A DNA stretch of 64,000 nucleotides from Candidatus Woesearchaeota archaeon (GCA_030156615.1 JASGME010000001.1:13881-77880); one strand, 5' to 3'; shown: positions 50,860 to 61,997, counted from the first letter of the stretch. Numbers and translations: made by a program. The notes: generated by a model from the letters alone, not told the origin.

Positions 50860-51753
50860 TTAAACTTTTTGTGGATTTTTATTTTTATGCTTCACAGCCC
50901 TCTCTAACCTTGGAATGATTCTTGACGATAAGTATCGAGTTCCTTCAAGTGCAAAAACCCTTAAGCTATTTCCTCTTTTTTCGTATTTTGTTTGCATAAT
51001 ATATTCTCTTTTAGCCAATACCTCTTTTAGCCATCTCACAGGATCCTGATAAAGAAGCTTTGGCTTATAATCTGACATATTATAAAAGCCATCAAAGTAG
51101 GTTCCTTTAAAGTGGTAATCTCCGCCACAGATTAATGGCTTATCAATCTCCTCAGAAAGAGCGAGCTCCATTGCTTTTTTGTTGTATCTTTTAAAAGGTC
51201 CTACAAGCAATCCATTAATTTCAATGGCATCAATATTCTCTATATTCTTTCGTAAAGCCTTCTCACCCATTCCCCAAAATGGAGCTGCAACAGGATGAGC
51301 CGCAATTACTATCCCATCTCCTTCTTTTATCTTTGCAATAGCATCATCAAGATATTCAAAGCGTTTTATTTCTCTATTGTGACCTATCCCTAAAAGATGA
51401 GCGTATGGGCTTGAAAATTTTCCATTCTTTTCATAGTCTCCTCTTATTGTTGTAGCCTCCGTCCCTTTAACCAAAACCAAACGATCCTTTCCCTTCTCAA
51501 TAAGAGTTGCTTCATCTGAGATATAGTTAGGAGAATAAGGGCTTTTTTTTGTTATATCTTTTATATAATCATAAGACAAAGTCTTATCATGATCTGTTAG
51601 AGAGATCAAGCCAAATTCCTTTTCAAAGGCAAGAGCAATAATCTCTAATGGTGATAGCTCTCCATCACTTTCATTTGTATGCATATGGAGATTGAATTTT
51701 ATCATATCCTGCTGATCCATAGAACTCTTATGTTTTTTGAAAAATAAAAACAT
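50860..51753 (-). CDS. PHP-domain phosphoesterase (histidinol-phosphatase-like fold)
   Basis: MIKFNLHMHTNESDGE is PHP motif I. Later His motifs are AAHP and GGDYH. Confidence 0.6.
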   Translation of the reverse strand: MFLFFKKHKSSMDQQDMIKFNLHMHTNESDGELSPLEIIALAFEKEFGLISLTDHDKTLSYDYIKDITKKSPYSPNYISDEATLIEKGKDRLVLVKGTEATTIRGDYEKNGKFSSPYAHLLGIGHNREIKRFEYLDDAIAKIKEGDGIVIAAHPVAAPFWGMGEKALRKNIENIDAIEINGLLVGPFKRYNKKAMELALSEEIDKPLICGGDYHFKGTYFDGFYNMSDYKPKLLYQDPVRWLKEVLAKREYIMQTKYEKRGNSLRVFALEGTRYLSSRIIPRLERAVKHKNKNPQKV

Positions 51754-51774
51754 TTCGCTTGATTTTTTTGGATT

Positions 51775-52410
51775 TTATTCATTCTTCCATTTTTCAACTG
51801 CTTTGATGAGCTCTTTTGGACTTCTTGCAATGACCAAAGGTTTTGCTTTCTTAAGTCTATTTAAAGAATCTATGCCCCACGAGCATCCTATGGAATCAAT
51901 TCCAATCTTTTTTGCATTCATTATATCATTATATGTATCTGTTATAAACAAGGTATTTTCTTTCTTATGTTTTAATAATATTTTTTTGAACGAAGAAAGT
52001 TTGTTATATCTCATAGAGTATATTTTTGAGAAGTAATCTTCTAGTTCATGATACATAAGGAATTGATCTATTACCTTTGGAAGATTTTTTGAAGATATAT
52101 AAAGCTCGTTTTCAATGAATAAGTATTCTATGCAACCTCTCATTCCTTCTATTAACTTAAGATATTCAAAATTTTCCCTCATCTCATTAATCATATTTGA
52201 GAAGAAAAAAGCTTTCTTGATTAAAGATTCATCCGGAAGCAAAAGTCTTTTTGGATTCTCAGATAGAATCTTCTTTGTTTCCTGCCTGCTAATCGGCTTA
52301 ATAAAGGATTCCTTGGCCGCTCTTTTATAACATTCTTTAAAGAAATCAGTTGAATCAGCTATAACACCGTCAAAGTCAAATATCAAAGCATCTCTTGGAT
52401 ATACATTCAT
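51775..52410 (-). CDS. HAD-superfamily hydrolase (canonical)
   Basis: Motif I is ALIFDFDGVIADS. The C-terminal motif region is TDTYNDI. Confidence 0.6.
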   Translation of the reverse strand: MNVYPRDALIFDFDGVIADSTDFFKECYKRAAKESFIKPISRQETKKILSENPKRLLLPDESLIKKAFFFSNMINEMRENFEYLKLIEGMRGCIEYLFIENELYISSKNLPKVIDQFLMYHELEDYFSKIYSMRYNKLSSFKKILLKHKKENTLFITDTYNDIMNAKKIGIDSIGCSWGIDSLNRLKKAKPLVIARSPKELIKAVEKWKNE

Positions 52411-52458
52411 AGAATGATTTTAAGAAAAAGGCTTTAAAAATGTTTTCTATTTCTTTAT

Positions 52459-52635
52459 TCACTTCTTTTTGAATTCGCTATACCCGCATTTTCCGCAGGT
52501 ATGCCTGTCATGATGATCCGCCATGAACACACCTGGTCCACATTTTGGACAGGTTGGATTCTTTGCTTTTCCATTATTGTATAATTCGTAAATCTTTTTA
52601 GTTGCTTTTTTCTTCTTTTGTTGTTTCTTCGCCAT
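52459..52635 (-). CDS. rps27ae: 30S ribosomal protein S27ae (eS31), 58 aa, not in the supplied ORF track
   Basis: My translation is [58 protein letters not shown]. This is the C4 zinc-ribbon characteristic of S27ae. Confidence 0.8.
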   Translation of the reverse strand: MAKKQQKKKKATKKIYELYNNGKAKNPTCPKCGPGVFMADHHDRHTCGKCGYSEFKKK

Positions 52636-52927
52636 TGCTTAACACCTTTAAGTTCCTTTTAATTATCCCAGGCAATTCAACCCTCTTCATTGCTTCTTCT
52701 GATGAATAACTCTTCAATGAGAAGGTTATTTTGCTATCCCCTGTTTTTCTATTGATTTTATCAATAATAAAATAATTGTCTTTTGGTATTTTTAATAGCT
52801 TAATTGCTTCATCTCTAAGTTGAGCTCTTGAAGGCGTTGGACTGTTTCCTACTTCTGCTTCCATTTTATAACGAACTCTTTCAAATAAAGGTTCTTCTTT
52901 CTTTTCAATTATGTTTAACTTAACCAT
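52598..52927 (-). CDS. rps24e: 30S ribosomal protein S24e
   Basis: [17 protein letters not shown] is the N-terminus. It overlaps the S27ae start by about 38 nt, a common archaeal arrangement. Confidence 0.75.
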   Translation of the reverse strand: MVKLNIIEKKEEPLFERVRYKMEAEVGNSPTPSRAQLRDEAIKLLKIPKDNYFIIDKINRKTGDSKITFSLKSYSSEEAMKRVELPGIIKRNLKVLSNGEETTKEEKSN

Positions 52928-52929
52928 CT

Positions 52930-53118
52930 CTATCTCACCCTCAAAGCGTACTCCCCTTTAGTGTTAAATTCAAGTCTTTTTGCAATCTCTGATTTTGCAG
53001 GGTCAATAATAGCAACTCTGCCTAATATAATACTAGAGAAGCTACTGCCGCCACAATTTGGGCATACATCTCCAGTAACAATCATCCTACATTTTCTACA
53101 CGCTTTCTTTTGTTGCAT
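52930..53118 (-). CDS. spt4: Transcription elongation factor Spt4 (RNA polymerase subunit E'')
   Basis: Zn ribbon is CRKCRMIV...CPNCGGS. It sits directly downstream of Rpo7. Confidence 0.75.
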   Translation of the reverse strand: MQQKKACRKCRMIVTGDVCPNCGGSSFSSIILGRVAIIDPAKSEIAKRLEFNTKGEYALRVR

Positions 53119-53126
53119 CTTTTCAC

Positions 53127-53669
53127 CTAGGCTTTTGCCTTATCTTCTGCCTGCATCTCAATCTTTCCTAATTCCGGTTGTCTCATAGTAAGCCCTATCT
53201 TTGGATTAGTTATGTCCTTAAAGCTTACTGCTACTACTCTTGCCTTACATATATCTCCTATCTTTATTGTTTGTTTAGTATCCCTGCCAGAAAGAACCTT
53301 ATCCTTTGAGAATGTAACGAAGTCATCCATCGTTTGAGATATATGAATCATTCCATCAATTGGTCCCATATCTGCAAACACACCAAAGTCTGCTATATCT
53401 CTTACCTTTATCTTAATAATCTCCTGAATCTCTGGTTTGAATGTGAAAACCGAGAAAAGCGTCTCATAAAATACACCACTGTCACCCGGAACAATAACGC
53501 CTTCTCCAATACTTTCAACATCTGCTACAGAAATAACTATGCCTAACTCCTTTGATATATGCCCTGTGTAAGATTCCTTTACCTCTTTCAGGATTCCTTC
53601 TTTAATGTTTGCCATTAATTTTTCAGGAGCAACCCTTATATGAGCCTTGATTTTTGTTTTGTAAAACAT
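53127..53669 (-). CDS. rpoE: DNA-directed RNA polymerase subunit E' (Rpo7)
   Basis: The N-terminal domain is followed by an S1 domain. Typical start is MFYKTKIKAHIRVAP. Confidence 0.85.
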   Translation of the reverse strand: MFYKTKIKAHIRVAPEKLMANIKEGILKEVKESYTGHISKELGIVISVADVESIGEGVIVPGDSGVFYETLFSVFTFKPEIQEIIKIKVRDIADFGVFADMGPIDGMIHISQTMDDFVTFSKDKVLSGRDTKQTIKIGDICKARVVAVSFKDITNPKIGLTMRQPELGKIEMQAEDKAKA

Positions 53670-53670
53670 T

Positions 53671-54087
53671 TTAATTCTTCCTTAGCGTTAGATATTGTTT
53701 TTGTCTTGTAGAGATGAAATTGAAACCCGGCAATCTTTTCATCAGTAGTTTATCATCCGTAGCGATTATTGCTTCTTTATTCTCTTTTGCATAGCTTATA
53801 ATTGCTTCATCTCCGTCTTTCTCTGTGCTTTGGAGAATTGAGGTATTTATAACTTTTTTGCTTTTTGTAAATTTTATCTCCTTCTGCTTGAGAAGATCAA
53901 TTGCAGCTTTAGCATATTTCCCTGTTTTTGAGTTTGATTTTGAAAGCCTAACGAGTTCAGCAACAACTTCTTCAGGGACTGAGAGTTCATAGTTGAAATC
54001 ACATATTCTTTCAATCTCCCTGAAGATGTCTATTCCTAAACGGAATGGCAGAAGACAGAAATTTGTATCTAAGATTATCTCTTTCAT
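53671..54087 (-). CDS. PIN-domain protein (conserved partner upstream of Rpo7)
   Basis: ILDTNFCL carries the first PIN Asp. The neighbourhood is conserved. Confidence 0.6.
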   Translation of the reverse strand: MKEIILDTNFCLLPFRLGIDIFREIERICDFNYELSVPEEVVAELVRLSKSNSKTGKYAKAAIDLLKQKEIKFTKSKKVINTSILQSTEKDGDEAIISYAKENKEAIIATDDKLLMKRLPGFNFISTRQKQYLTLRKN

Positions 54088-54167
54088 AATGCTTAGTTTT
54101 CATGTTCATTTATTAAGTTTTTTCATCTTTTTTCTTAGAAATGTTTATATAATATTTTTATTACTCT

Positions 54168-55409
54168 ATGAGCATGACACTTGAAGATGTCATTGCCAAG
54201 ACGAAAAGACATTTTAAAAGCGGGATTGTGGCAGCCGTTGCTGGCATAACTTTGCTTAGTGGTTGCACTTCTCCTCCTCCTTCTCCGCCCCCGACTAATG
54301 AAAAACCTGTGATAAACATTGAAACTTTAGATATTCATCTTGATTTTGATGGCGTTAATGTTATTGATAACAATAACGATGATATTATTGACTCTTGGGA
54401 TGAGGTTGATGATATTGGTCCAGTTTATGTATCTGCTTATAAGGTTCCTGTTACTTCTTATGATGAATATACAGTTAGCACAGAATTCCCTGAATTAGAT
54501 TCTATTTATCTTGAGGTTGACAGGAACGCGAGAGAATGTATTATGGAAGAACAAGAGTTCAGCGATAGTTCTGACATTAATTTCTCTTTGACTTATCCAG
54601 ACAAAACTTTAGAAGATTTCATAATTGAAATAGAAGTCAGAGATAAGGATGAAAGTCATCATAATTACTCTTTCTTAGTTGATCCTCAGATGGAAGAAGT
54701 TGATAAATATGTAAAGCTTGGTCAGAATAATAAAATATTGAATATCTTGTTAGGCTATGGTGTTGCCAATCATGAGAATAGTGGTGAACAACCTGTACAA
54801 CGCGATGAGGTTGCAATAGAATATTCAACAGGCGATTGGCCTGAGGGCAGCCCTGAAGAAATCTGGTGGATAAATAAAGAAGGATACAACTTAACGCCTG
54901 AAGCCTCTCAAGCGATAAGAGATTCTTGTGAATACTTTTTCCCTGGAGTCCCTATTATAATAAAAGATAGTTATGAAACACCTATTCCAGATAAAATTTT
55001 TTTTATAGAAAAAACAGATGGCCAAGCTGGCGCTGTTGTGACTTTCTGGAGTACTGATAATTATGAATATGGAACAAATTATGTTAGAAATGGAGGAGTA
55101 TACTTGCGTTACGATTCAACAGGAGCCGTTAATCAAGAGATAGGTACAGTTGCTGAAGCCGCAGCAGAACCGCAAGGAACTGGGTTTAATTCAATTTTTT
55201 CAGGGAATGAAGAAATAACACCCTGTGATGAAGCTGTTTTTGCTATAAAACACAGCCAAGAACCAGAAGTAGGATGGGTTGTGATATATGAACCAGATCC
55301 AGGGGGTTACCCTTGGCCAGAAACAAAAGTCTCTTTTGCAGGTAACGCAACAACATCAGCAAATAATAATAGGACTGTTTATGTCCTTCCTAAGAGAGAG
55401 GAGTTCTAA
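54168..55409 (+). CDS. Acidic secreted lipoprotein, function unknown
   Basis: The signal peptide ends in the lipobox LLSGC, followed by a Pro/Ser linker SPPPSPPPT. The mature part is D/E-rich. Confidence 0.5.
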   Translation: MSMTLEDVIAKTKRHFKSGIVAAVAGITLLSGCTSPPPSPPPTNEKPVINIETLDIHLDFDGVNVIDNNNDDIIDSWDEVDDIGPVYVSAYKVPVTSYDEYTVSTEFPELDSIYLEVDRNARECIMEEQEFSDSSDINFSLTYPDKTLEDFIIEIEVRDKDESHHNYSFLVDPQMEEVDKYVKLGQNNKILNILLGYGVANHENSGEQPVQRDEVAIEYSTGDWPEGSPEEIWWINKEGYNLTPEASQAIRDSCEYFFPGVPIIIKDSYETPIPDKIFFIEKTDGQAGAVVTFWSTDNYEYGTNYVRNGGVYLRYDSTGAVNQEIGTVAEAAAEPQGTGFNSIFSGNEEITPCDEAVFAIKHSQEPEVGWVVIYEPDPGGYPWPETKVSFAGNATTSANNNRTVYVLPKREEF

Positions 55410-57421
55410 GGTTTGTTTATTGGATGATCTTTCTTTGGCGGAGTTACAGTCCTTGAATCGGACGGAGTCTTAAAGCAATAAGAAGTATTATCTTCTGTTG
55501 TGATGATTTTTTCGCAAGTATATTCTTTAGCTAATATTTCTCCTCCAGAACAGTAAAATTCTATCAGTTTTCCATCAGAAACCTGATCACAGCCCATTTC
55601 AACATTAACAAATTGGAAGTCATCATCTATTTGTCCGTTTTCTTCGTTCCCGTCATTATTATTCTCTGCGTACATTGTATAGACACAGCCCCATTCCTTT
55701 GGCTTGTCCCCATAATCTGTTTCTATACATTCTCCTAGGCTAGTAGTTGGACTCTTTGGTCCTTTACCAACAACATTACGAGGAGCATCAGCAGATTTTA
55801 TTACTACTATCTTTTCATTTTTTCTGGTATCAAAACTACAATATTCTCCAACTAAATTACAATAAACAACTGAAGCAGTGTTTCCTGTGCCACATATGTT
55901 TGGATCACTATCTAAATAATTGTAACAGATGTCTTCTCCGTATTTGAGTCGGCAACTATCTACCACTGGATCATAATATTCATCTTGACGACAATATCTT
56001 TCGTTCCTATCTTCTCCTCCTATTGGATTCTCAACATAACTTGATTGAGATGCAAAAGATGTGGAATTCATGCAATAAAGAGTTTCTCCACTTACTTCAT
56101 TGTAACATGTTGAATTCCCTGCAATGCACGGTTGATTATAACAGGATACTGTGCAATTATTGTTAACACATACTTCATAATCTCCAAAAATGGCTCCTCC
56201 TCCACATTGTGCATCAGTATTACAATCACGCCAAGTCCCAGGATAGCCACACCAATCAGGATCACTATCATGATCTACGCTAGGTCCTTGACTATTTGAA
56301 GGATAGCATACATTATTATACACACAATCCGTAGAAGAAAGGCAACATGCTTTATCATCTAAATCTGGATCTTGGTATGAATAATCAAGAGTGTTGTCTC
56401 CTACCCCGCCACAAACATATTCGCTCCCATCATCACCACAGCATGTTGTGGCTGAAACCTCTCCACCTATATTCCATTTACAAGAAGAACAACATGAGCA
56501 ATATGTTGATGAATCGTCTCCATCTAGAGTTTCTGAATAACAATTGCCATTTGAACAATAATGATTTATATATTCTCCGCCATAACAACCATCTGTGCCA
56601 CAGGATTCCACATTTGAACTTGTGTAAGTGCAGGATCCACCAGAACAAGTATAAGTTCTGTATTCTTTAGTAGAAGCATCCTTACAATAGTCTCCAGAGT
56701 AAAGAGCACAATTATCACTCCAACTTAAAGAGTACGTACAAGATGCACTTCCCACGGCTCCTGTACAAGAATAATCTCTTGATTCTCTGATGTCTCCATT
56801 ACAATAGATTCCATCATAATCATCACAATCTTTACTGCTGGTTCTTTTATAATCACATCCTCCTGGAATGCAGTAATAGTTTCGTTCTTCTAATTTATTG
56901 CCAGAACCACAAGCATATCCATCGTAATCATTGCAATCTTCACGGCTTGTCTCGACGAAGTGGCAGGCGTAGTTTCTACACTCCTCGTATCCAGTAACCG
57001 AAACCTCACCAGCGCAATAATTTACTTCAGAATCGCAATGTGAACTAGAAGTACATTCTACACATTGTCCATCATGGCAATATGGTTGAGAAGAGTAACA
57101 GCCTCCACAATCAAGGGTCCCCCCACAACCATCACTTACAGTACCACACTCAACACCAAGCTCACTACAAGTAGAAGGAGTACATTCGTTGCATTCTCCA
57201 CCAGAACAGCCGTATGTACAGGTAGTTGTTGTTTCTTCATCCACAACACAATATCCATCTAAGCAGTAATAGGTTTGGTGCACTGCGACATTACCATCGC
57301 AATATGAATTAGGTGGACAATCCGAATCAAAATTGCACGCTTCAACAACTTCAACAGAAAGAACAAAGCTAAGAAGAAATCCAAGCAAAACAACAGCCAT
57401 CAAAAGGGTTCGAAACTTCAC
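55406..57421 (-). CDS. Large Cys-rich modular secreted/surface protein (671 aa, signal peptide, about 90 Cys)
   Basis: An N-terminal signal peptide is present. There are repeated modules of the form C-x-DYDG-x-x-C-x(7-9)-R-x-Y-x-C. Examples are CNDYDGYACGSGNKLEERNYYC, CDDYDGIYCNGDIRESRDYSC and CALYSGDYCKDASTKEYRTYTC. The protein is rich in G/S/Y/D and has no transmembrane segment apart from the signal. Confidence 0.55.
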   Translation of the reverse strand: MKFRTLLMAVVLLGFLLSFVLSVEVVEACNFDSDCPPNSYCDGNVAVHQTYYCLDGYCVVDEETTTTCTYGCSGGECNECTPSTCSELGVECGTVSDGCGGTLDCGGCYSSQPYCHDGQCVECTSSSHCDSEVNYCAGEVSVTGYEECRNYACHFVETSREDCNDYDGYACGSGNKLEERNYYCIPGGCDYKRTSSKDCDDYDGIYCNGDIRESRDYSCTGAVGSASCTYSLSWSDNCALYSGDYCKDASTKEYRTYTCSGGSCTYTSSNVESCGTDGCYGGEYINHYCSNGNCYSETLDGDDSSTYCSCCSSCKWNIGGEVSATTCCGDDGSEYVCGGVGDNTLDYSYQDPDLDDKACCLSSTDCVYNNVCYPSNSQGPSVDHDSDPDWCGYPGTWRDCNTDAQCGGGAIFGDYEVCVNNNCTVSCYNQPCIAGNSTCYNEVSGETLYCMNSTSFASQSSYVENPIGGEDRNERYCRQDEYYDPVVDSCRLKYGEDICYNYLDSDPNICGTGNTASVVYCNLVGEYCSFDTRKNEKIVVIKSADAPRNVVGKGPKSPTTSLGECIETDYGDKPKEWGCVYTMYAENNNDGNEENGQIDDDFQFVNVEMGCDQVSDGKLIEFYCSGGEILAKEYTCEKIITTEDNTSYCFKTPSDSRTVTPPKKDHPINKP

Positions 57422-57544
57422 TATCAGCCACCTTCTTCTTAGTTTTTAATAGTTCTTATATTTAAAGATAACGAAAATCGCAAAAACCAAAAGATTTAAA
57501 TAATCAAATATTACATTGAAAAAGAGCATTTGAGGAGGATTAAG

Positions 57545-57928
57545 ATGGGAATATTCGATAAACTTGGTAAAAGAGTGAAACATTCTGAGGATGATGAATT
57601 TATTAGTGGAAATGACACAGAATATGTAGAATTAGACACAGAGAAATCTAGTTATGAATCAGATAACAAGATTATCGTCAGGCCTTTCTCAATTGATGAT
57701 TTTTCAGATGTTAAACCAGTTTTGGATTCCTTGAGAGAAGGACATACAATTGCTCTTATCAATATAAAAACTCTGAAAGAGAAAGATATCGTTGAGCTCA
57801 AGAGGGCTATAAATAAAATAAAGAAAACTGTTGATGCTATTGACGGAGATATTGCAGGTTTCGGTGAGGATTATTTAGTGGCAACCCCTTCTTTTGCCAA
57901 AATCCACAGAATGAAAGAAGAGGATTAA
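57545..57928 (+). CDS. sepF: Cell division protein SepF-like (DUF552)
   Basis: NKIIVRPFSIDDFSDVKPVLDSLREGHTIALINIKTL matches the SepF core (V..P.sfeDa.ei...L..G..v.vNl..L). Confidence 0.55.
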   Translation: MGIFDKLGKRVKHSEDDEFISGNDTEYVELDTEKSSYESDNKIIVRPFSIDDFSDVKPVLDSLREGHTIALINIKTLKEKDIVELKRAINKIKKTVDAIDGDIAGFGEDYLVATPSFAKIHRMKEED

Positions 57929-58347
57929 ATCTTTAATTCCTTATCTAATTGGATTGCAATCTCTTTTAAACTTTCAAAGATTTCTTCGGAATCCTTCCAT
58001 ATCTTATCTATTAAACCTTCAAGAGAGTTTGCATTTATCTTATACTTGCTTTTTATGTTTATAACAAGCCCCCTGTCAATAAGATTATTTAAGTGATGTA
58101 CAACGCTTGCCCTAGAAAGAGATAACTGCTCTGAAAGTTCATCGCTTGTCATCATCTCATTCTTAAGATTTGCTTTGAGTAATTCTAAAAAAACCCTAAA
58201 GCAGGATTTATCCCTGTCCCTTATACCAAATAACCCAAAGGATCTAGCAAACCACTGAATCCTCTCATTTATATTGTAATCTTCTTTGTATGGAATGTCC
58301 TGAATAATTATCTTTCTATAGACCGGAAATGATTCTTGTTTTGCCAT
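57925..58347 (-). CDS. Winged-HTH transcriptional regulator
   Basis: SDELSEQLSLSRASVVHHLNNLIDRGLV is a typical HTH recognition helix plus wing. Confidence 0.45.
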   Translation of the reverse strand: MAKQESFPVYRKIIIQDIPYKEDYNINERIQWFARSFGLFGIRDRDKSCFRVFLELLKANLKNEMMTSDELSEQLSLSRASVVHHLNNLIDRGLVINIKSKYKINANSLEGLIDKIWKDSEEIFESLKEIAIQLDKELKI

Positions 58348-58446
58348 TGTTATAATATATCCCTTACTGCTTTTTAAACCTTTTCCAAAAAATATTTATA
58401 TCAGCTGTTTATCTCAAATAGACAGGGTTGACTTTAAATCAACAAA

Positions 58447-58962
58447 ATGGTAAAAAGAATAAATCTTTCAAGGACAAAAGCACTCAAGAGATCTTCGCTA
58501 ACTAAGAAGCTTCAATTATATAGACTGACGGCTCTAAGGACGGCAGCAGAGTTTGACAACTATAGAAAAAGGACAAATGCAGAGGAAGAGAGAAGGGTTA
58601 AGCAATCAAGTGAAAGAATAGTAAAGAAACTTATTCCATTGTTTGAAAACTTTAATCTAGCTGTTAAAAACATTGAAAAGAATCAAAAAGAGTTATTAAC
58701 TGGAATACAATTAATTTACAATCAATTTAGAAAATTGCTTAAAGAAGAGGGTGTTGAATTTATTGAAGAGGATAATGTTGAATTCAATCCAAAAATCCAT
58801 GAAGCTGTTGCTACAAAACAAGATGATAAAAATGCAGGTAAAGTTATAGAAGTTTCAGGAATGGGATTTAAGCTTTATGATAAGGTAATAAAGCCAGCAA
58901 AAGTAATTGTTGGTGTAAAAAAAGAAAATAAAAAAGGTGATGAGAATGACGGAAAGCGGTAA
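58447..58962 (+). CDS. grpE: Nucleotide exchange factor GrpE
   Basis: [18 protein letters not shown] is the GrpE signature. It is immediately upstream of dnaK. Confidence 0.8.
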   Translation: MVKRINLSRTKALKRSSLTKKLQLYRLTALRTAAEFDNYRKRTNAEEERRVKQSSERIVKKLIPLFENFNLAVKNIEKNQKELLTGIQLIYNQFRKLLKEEGVEFIEEDNVEFNPKIHEAVATKQDDKNAGKVIEVSGMGFKLYDKVIKPAKVIVGVKKENKKGDENDGKR

Positions 58963-60799
58963 AATTATTGGAATAGATTTAGGAACTACATTTTCAGCTG
59001 TTGCTGTAATGGAAGGAGGAAAACCAACCATTATTCCAAATTCCGAAGGAGAAAGAACAACCCCTAGTGTAGTTTTGATGAAAAACGGTGAAGTTGTAGT
59101 TGGAACTCATGCAAGAAGACAGGCAATACTTGATCCTGCCCATGTAGTAAGAAGTATTAAAAGGCATATGGGTTCTGATTATAAGGTTGAGATAGATGAT
59201 AAGCAATACTCTCCTCAGGAGATAAGTGCTTTTATCTTAAGGAAGCTTAAGAAAGATGCAGAAGATTACTTAGGAACAAAAATAACAAGAGCAGTAATAA
59301 CAGTTCCAGCATATTTCACAGATGAACAAAGGCAAGCAACTAAGGATGCAGGAGAGATTGCAGGGCTTAAGGTTGAAAGGATAATAAACGAACCTACTGC
59401 TGCTGCACTTGCCTATGGCTTAGATAAAACAAACGATCATACTATCTTAGTATTTGATTTTGGTGGTGGTACTTTTGATGTTTCTATACTAGAAGTTGGT
59501 GATGGAGTCTTTGAAGTTAAGGCAACTAACGGCAACAATCATCTTGGAGGAGATGACATTGATGAAATAATTAATGATTGGCTTGTTGAAGAGTTTGAGA
59601 AAAAGAATGGAATAAATCTGAGGGAAGATAAGAATGCATTGCAAAGATTAAAGGAGGCAGCAGAGAATGCTAAGAAGGAACTATCTGTTAAAATGGAAAC
59701 AGAGATTAATCTACCTTTTATTGCTACGAAAGACGGCTCTCCATTGCACCTTAATGTTTCATTAACCAGGGCAAAGTTTGAATCAATGATAAGTCAGATT
59801 TTAGAGAAGTTGAAGGAACCGACAATAAAGGCAATTGAAGATGCAAAGATGAAGCCGTCTGATATTGCAAAGGTTATCCTTGTTGGAGGATCAACAAGAA
59901 TCCCTGCCGTGCAACAGCTTGTTGAAAAGATAATTGGAAAGCCTCCTGAGAAGAATGTTAATCCTGATGAAGCAGTTGCATTAGGAGCTGCAATCCAGGC
60001 AGGGGTGATTGAAGGAAATGTTAAAGACATCTTGTTGCTTGATGTAACTCCATTAACATTAGGAATTGAAACACTTGGTGGTGTAATGACACCGATTATC
60101 CCTAGAAATACTACAATACCAACAAAGAAAAGCAAGATATTCACAACAGCAGCAGATAATCAGACAGCAGTAACAATAAGAGTTTTCCAAGGTGAAAGAC
60201 CGATGGCTAACGATAACAAATTCCTAGGACAATTTGATTTGGTTGGGATACCACCGGCTCCAAGAGGAGTACCTCAGATAGAGGTTACTTTTGATATTGA
60301 TGTAAATGGAATCGTTCATGTTTCAGCAAAGGATTTGGCAACATCAAAGGAGCAATCAATAAGGATTTCCGGAACTACAAAGCTTTCTGAAGAAGAAATT
60401 GAAAGGATGAAACAGGACGCAGAGAAATACGCAGAGGCAGATAGAAAGAAAAAGGAAGCTGTTGAAACAATGAATCAAGCGGATATGCTTGTTGCAGAGG
60501 CTGAAAGGTTCCTGAAAGAACTTGAAGGGAAGGTAAGCAAAGATAAGGTAAAGGCAATTGAAGAAGAGAAAGACAAACTTAAGAAGATGGTTGAAGATAA
60601 GGAGCAGGATATTGAGAAAATAAAGAAAGAGATGGACGAGTTGAACAAGAAACTACAGGATGCTTCTACAGAACTATATCAAAAAGCTCAAACAAATACA
60701 GGAGGAGAAGAGACAACTTCCGATAAGAAAGAAGATGAAAAAGTGAAAGATGCAGAGTTCACTGTTGAAGATGATAAAGAGAAAGAGAATAAAAAATAA
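58937..60799 (+). CDS. dnaK: Chaperone DnaK (Hsp70)
   Basis: [26 protein letters not shown] and [14 protein letters not shown] are the Hsp70 signatures. The start is probably the internal Met (MTESGK). Confidence 0.95.
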   Translation: MMRMTESGKIIGIDLGTTFSAVAVMEGGKPTIIPNSEGERTTPSVVLMKNGEVVVGTHARRQAILDPAHVVRSIKRHMGSDYKVEIDDKQYSPQEISAFILRKLKKDAEDYLGTKITRAVITVPAYFTDEQRQATKDAGEIAGLKVERIINEPTAAALAYGLDKTNDHTILVFDFGGGTFDVSILEVGDGVFEVKATNGNNHLGGDDIDEIINDWLVEEFEKKNGINLREDKNALQRLKEAAENAKKELSVKMETEINLPFIATKDGSPLHLNVSLTRAKFESMISQILEKLKEPTIKAIEDAKMKPSDIAKVILVGGSTRIPAVQQLVEKIIGKPPEKNVNPDEAVALGAAIQAGVIEGNVKDILLLDVTPLTLGIETLGGVMTPIIPRNTTIPTKKSKIFTTAADNQTAVTIRVFQGERPMANDNKFLGQFDLVGIPPAPRGVPQIEVTFDIDVNGIVHVSAKDLATSKEQSIRISGTTKLSEEEIERMKQDAEKYAEADRKKKEAVETMNQADMLVAEAERFLKELEGKVSKDKVKAIEEEKDKLKKMVEDKEQDIEKIKKEMDELNKKLQDASTELYQKAQTNTGGEETTSDKKEDEKVKDAEFTVEDDKEKENKK

Positions 60800-60886
60800 A
60801 AATAAGAGACTTTCTTTCTTTTTTTAATTGTCTTTTATTCATTAAACCTTTAGTTGTTTAATTTTAAAGGAATGCTGTGATTCAAA

Positions 60887-61993
60887 GTGGCAAAGGATTA
60901 TTATGAAATCTTAGGGGTTTCTAAGGATGCTTCAAAAGAAGAGATTAAAAAAGCTTATAGGGAATTAGCAAAGAAATATCATCCTGATGTTAATAAATCA
61001 GAAGATGCACATAAGAAATTTCAAGAAATTGGAGAGGCTTACTCTGTTCTTTCAGATGATAAGAAAAGAGCTCAGTACGATGCTACTGGAACTGCTTCAG
61101 ATGAAGGAGACTTTTCGTCTGATACTTTCACAGGTTTTAATTTCGGCGGATTCAACGATTTTGATATAGGAGATATCTTTAATGAATTCTTTGGAGATTT
61201 TGGAACTAGTAGAAGGAAGACTAGACGAGAAAGGAAAAAGAGCGGAAACGACTTGCTATTTGAAATGGATATAGATTTGGAAGATAGTTATTTTGGTAAT
61301 GAAAAATATATTACTCTTAAGAAGTATGAAAAATGCGATAAATGCAATGGCACAGGCTCTTTATCAAAGCAGGGAACGAAGACCTGTCCAGAATGTAATG
61401 GAAGCGGTTATGTAGAGCAAACGAGGAGAACTCCTTTTGGTCTTTTTTCAACAAGAACAACATGCCCAAGATGTAATGGAGAAGGAGAAATTTTAGTTGA
61501 TCCGTGTGATAAGTGTAATGGCACTGGCAGGGTATTGAAAAAGAAGAAAATAAAGGTTAAGATACCTAAAGGAATAATAGATGGAGAAACCTTAAGGATA
61601 AGGAACGAAGGAGAAGCTGGTATACGTGGAGCAGAAGCCGGTGATTTATACATAAAAGTGAGGATAAGAGAGCATAAAAAGTTTAAAAGAGATGGAAGGG
61701 ATTTATATCTGCATGAATCATTTTCATATCCAGAACTGGTTTTGGGTAGCGAGAGGAAAATTGAGACACTTGACGGGAAGGTTAAATTAAAGATTCCTCC
61801 CGGAACTAATGTTGGGGGTATGCTAAGGATCCCAGGAAAAGGTCTTCCAAACCCAGAAGGAAAGCCGGGAGATCTTTATGTTGTTGTTGAGCTAAACATA
61901 CCAAAACATCCAACTATGAAAGAAAGAAAACTCCTGAAAGAATTGATGAAAGCGACAAAATCGGATTATTCAGATGAAGAAGTCAATGATTAA
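60887..61993 (+). CDS. dnaJ: Chaperone DnaJ (type I: J domain, G/F region, CxxCxGxG zinc finger)
   Basis: DYYEILGV...YHPD is the J domain. Four CxxCxGxG repeats are present. Confidence 0.9.
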   Translation: MAKDYYEILGVSKDASKEEIKKAYRELAKKYHPDVNKSEDAHKKFQEIGEAYSVLSDDKKRAQYDATGTASDEGDFSSDTFTGFNFGGFNDFDIGDIFNEFFGDFGTSRRKTRRERKKSGNDLLFEMDIDLEDSYFGNEKYITLKKYEKCDKCNGTGSLSKQGTKTCPECNGSGYVEQTRRTPFGLFSTRTTCPRCNGEGEILVDPCDKCNGTGRVLKKKKIKVKIPKGIIDGETLRIRNEGEAGIRGAEAGDLYIKVRIREHKKFKRDGRDLYLHESFSYPELVLGSERKIETLDGKVKLKIPPGTNVGGMLRIPGKGLPNPEGKPGDLYVVVELNIPKHPTMKERKLLKELMKATKSDYSDEEVND

Positions 61994-61997
61994 TTTA

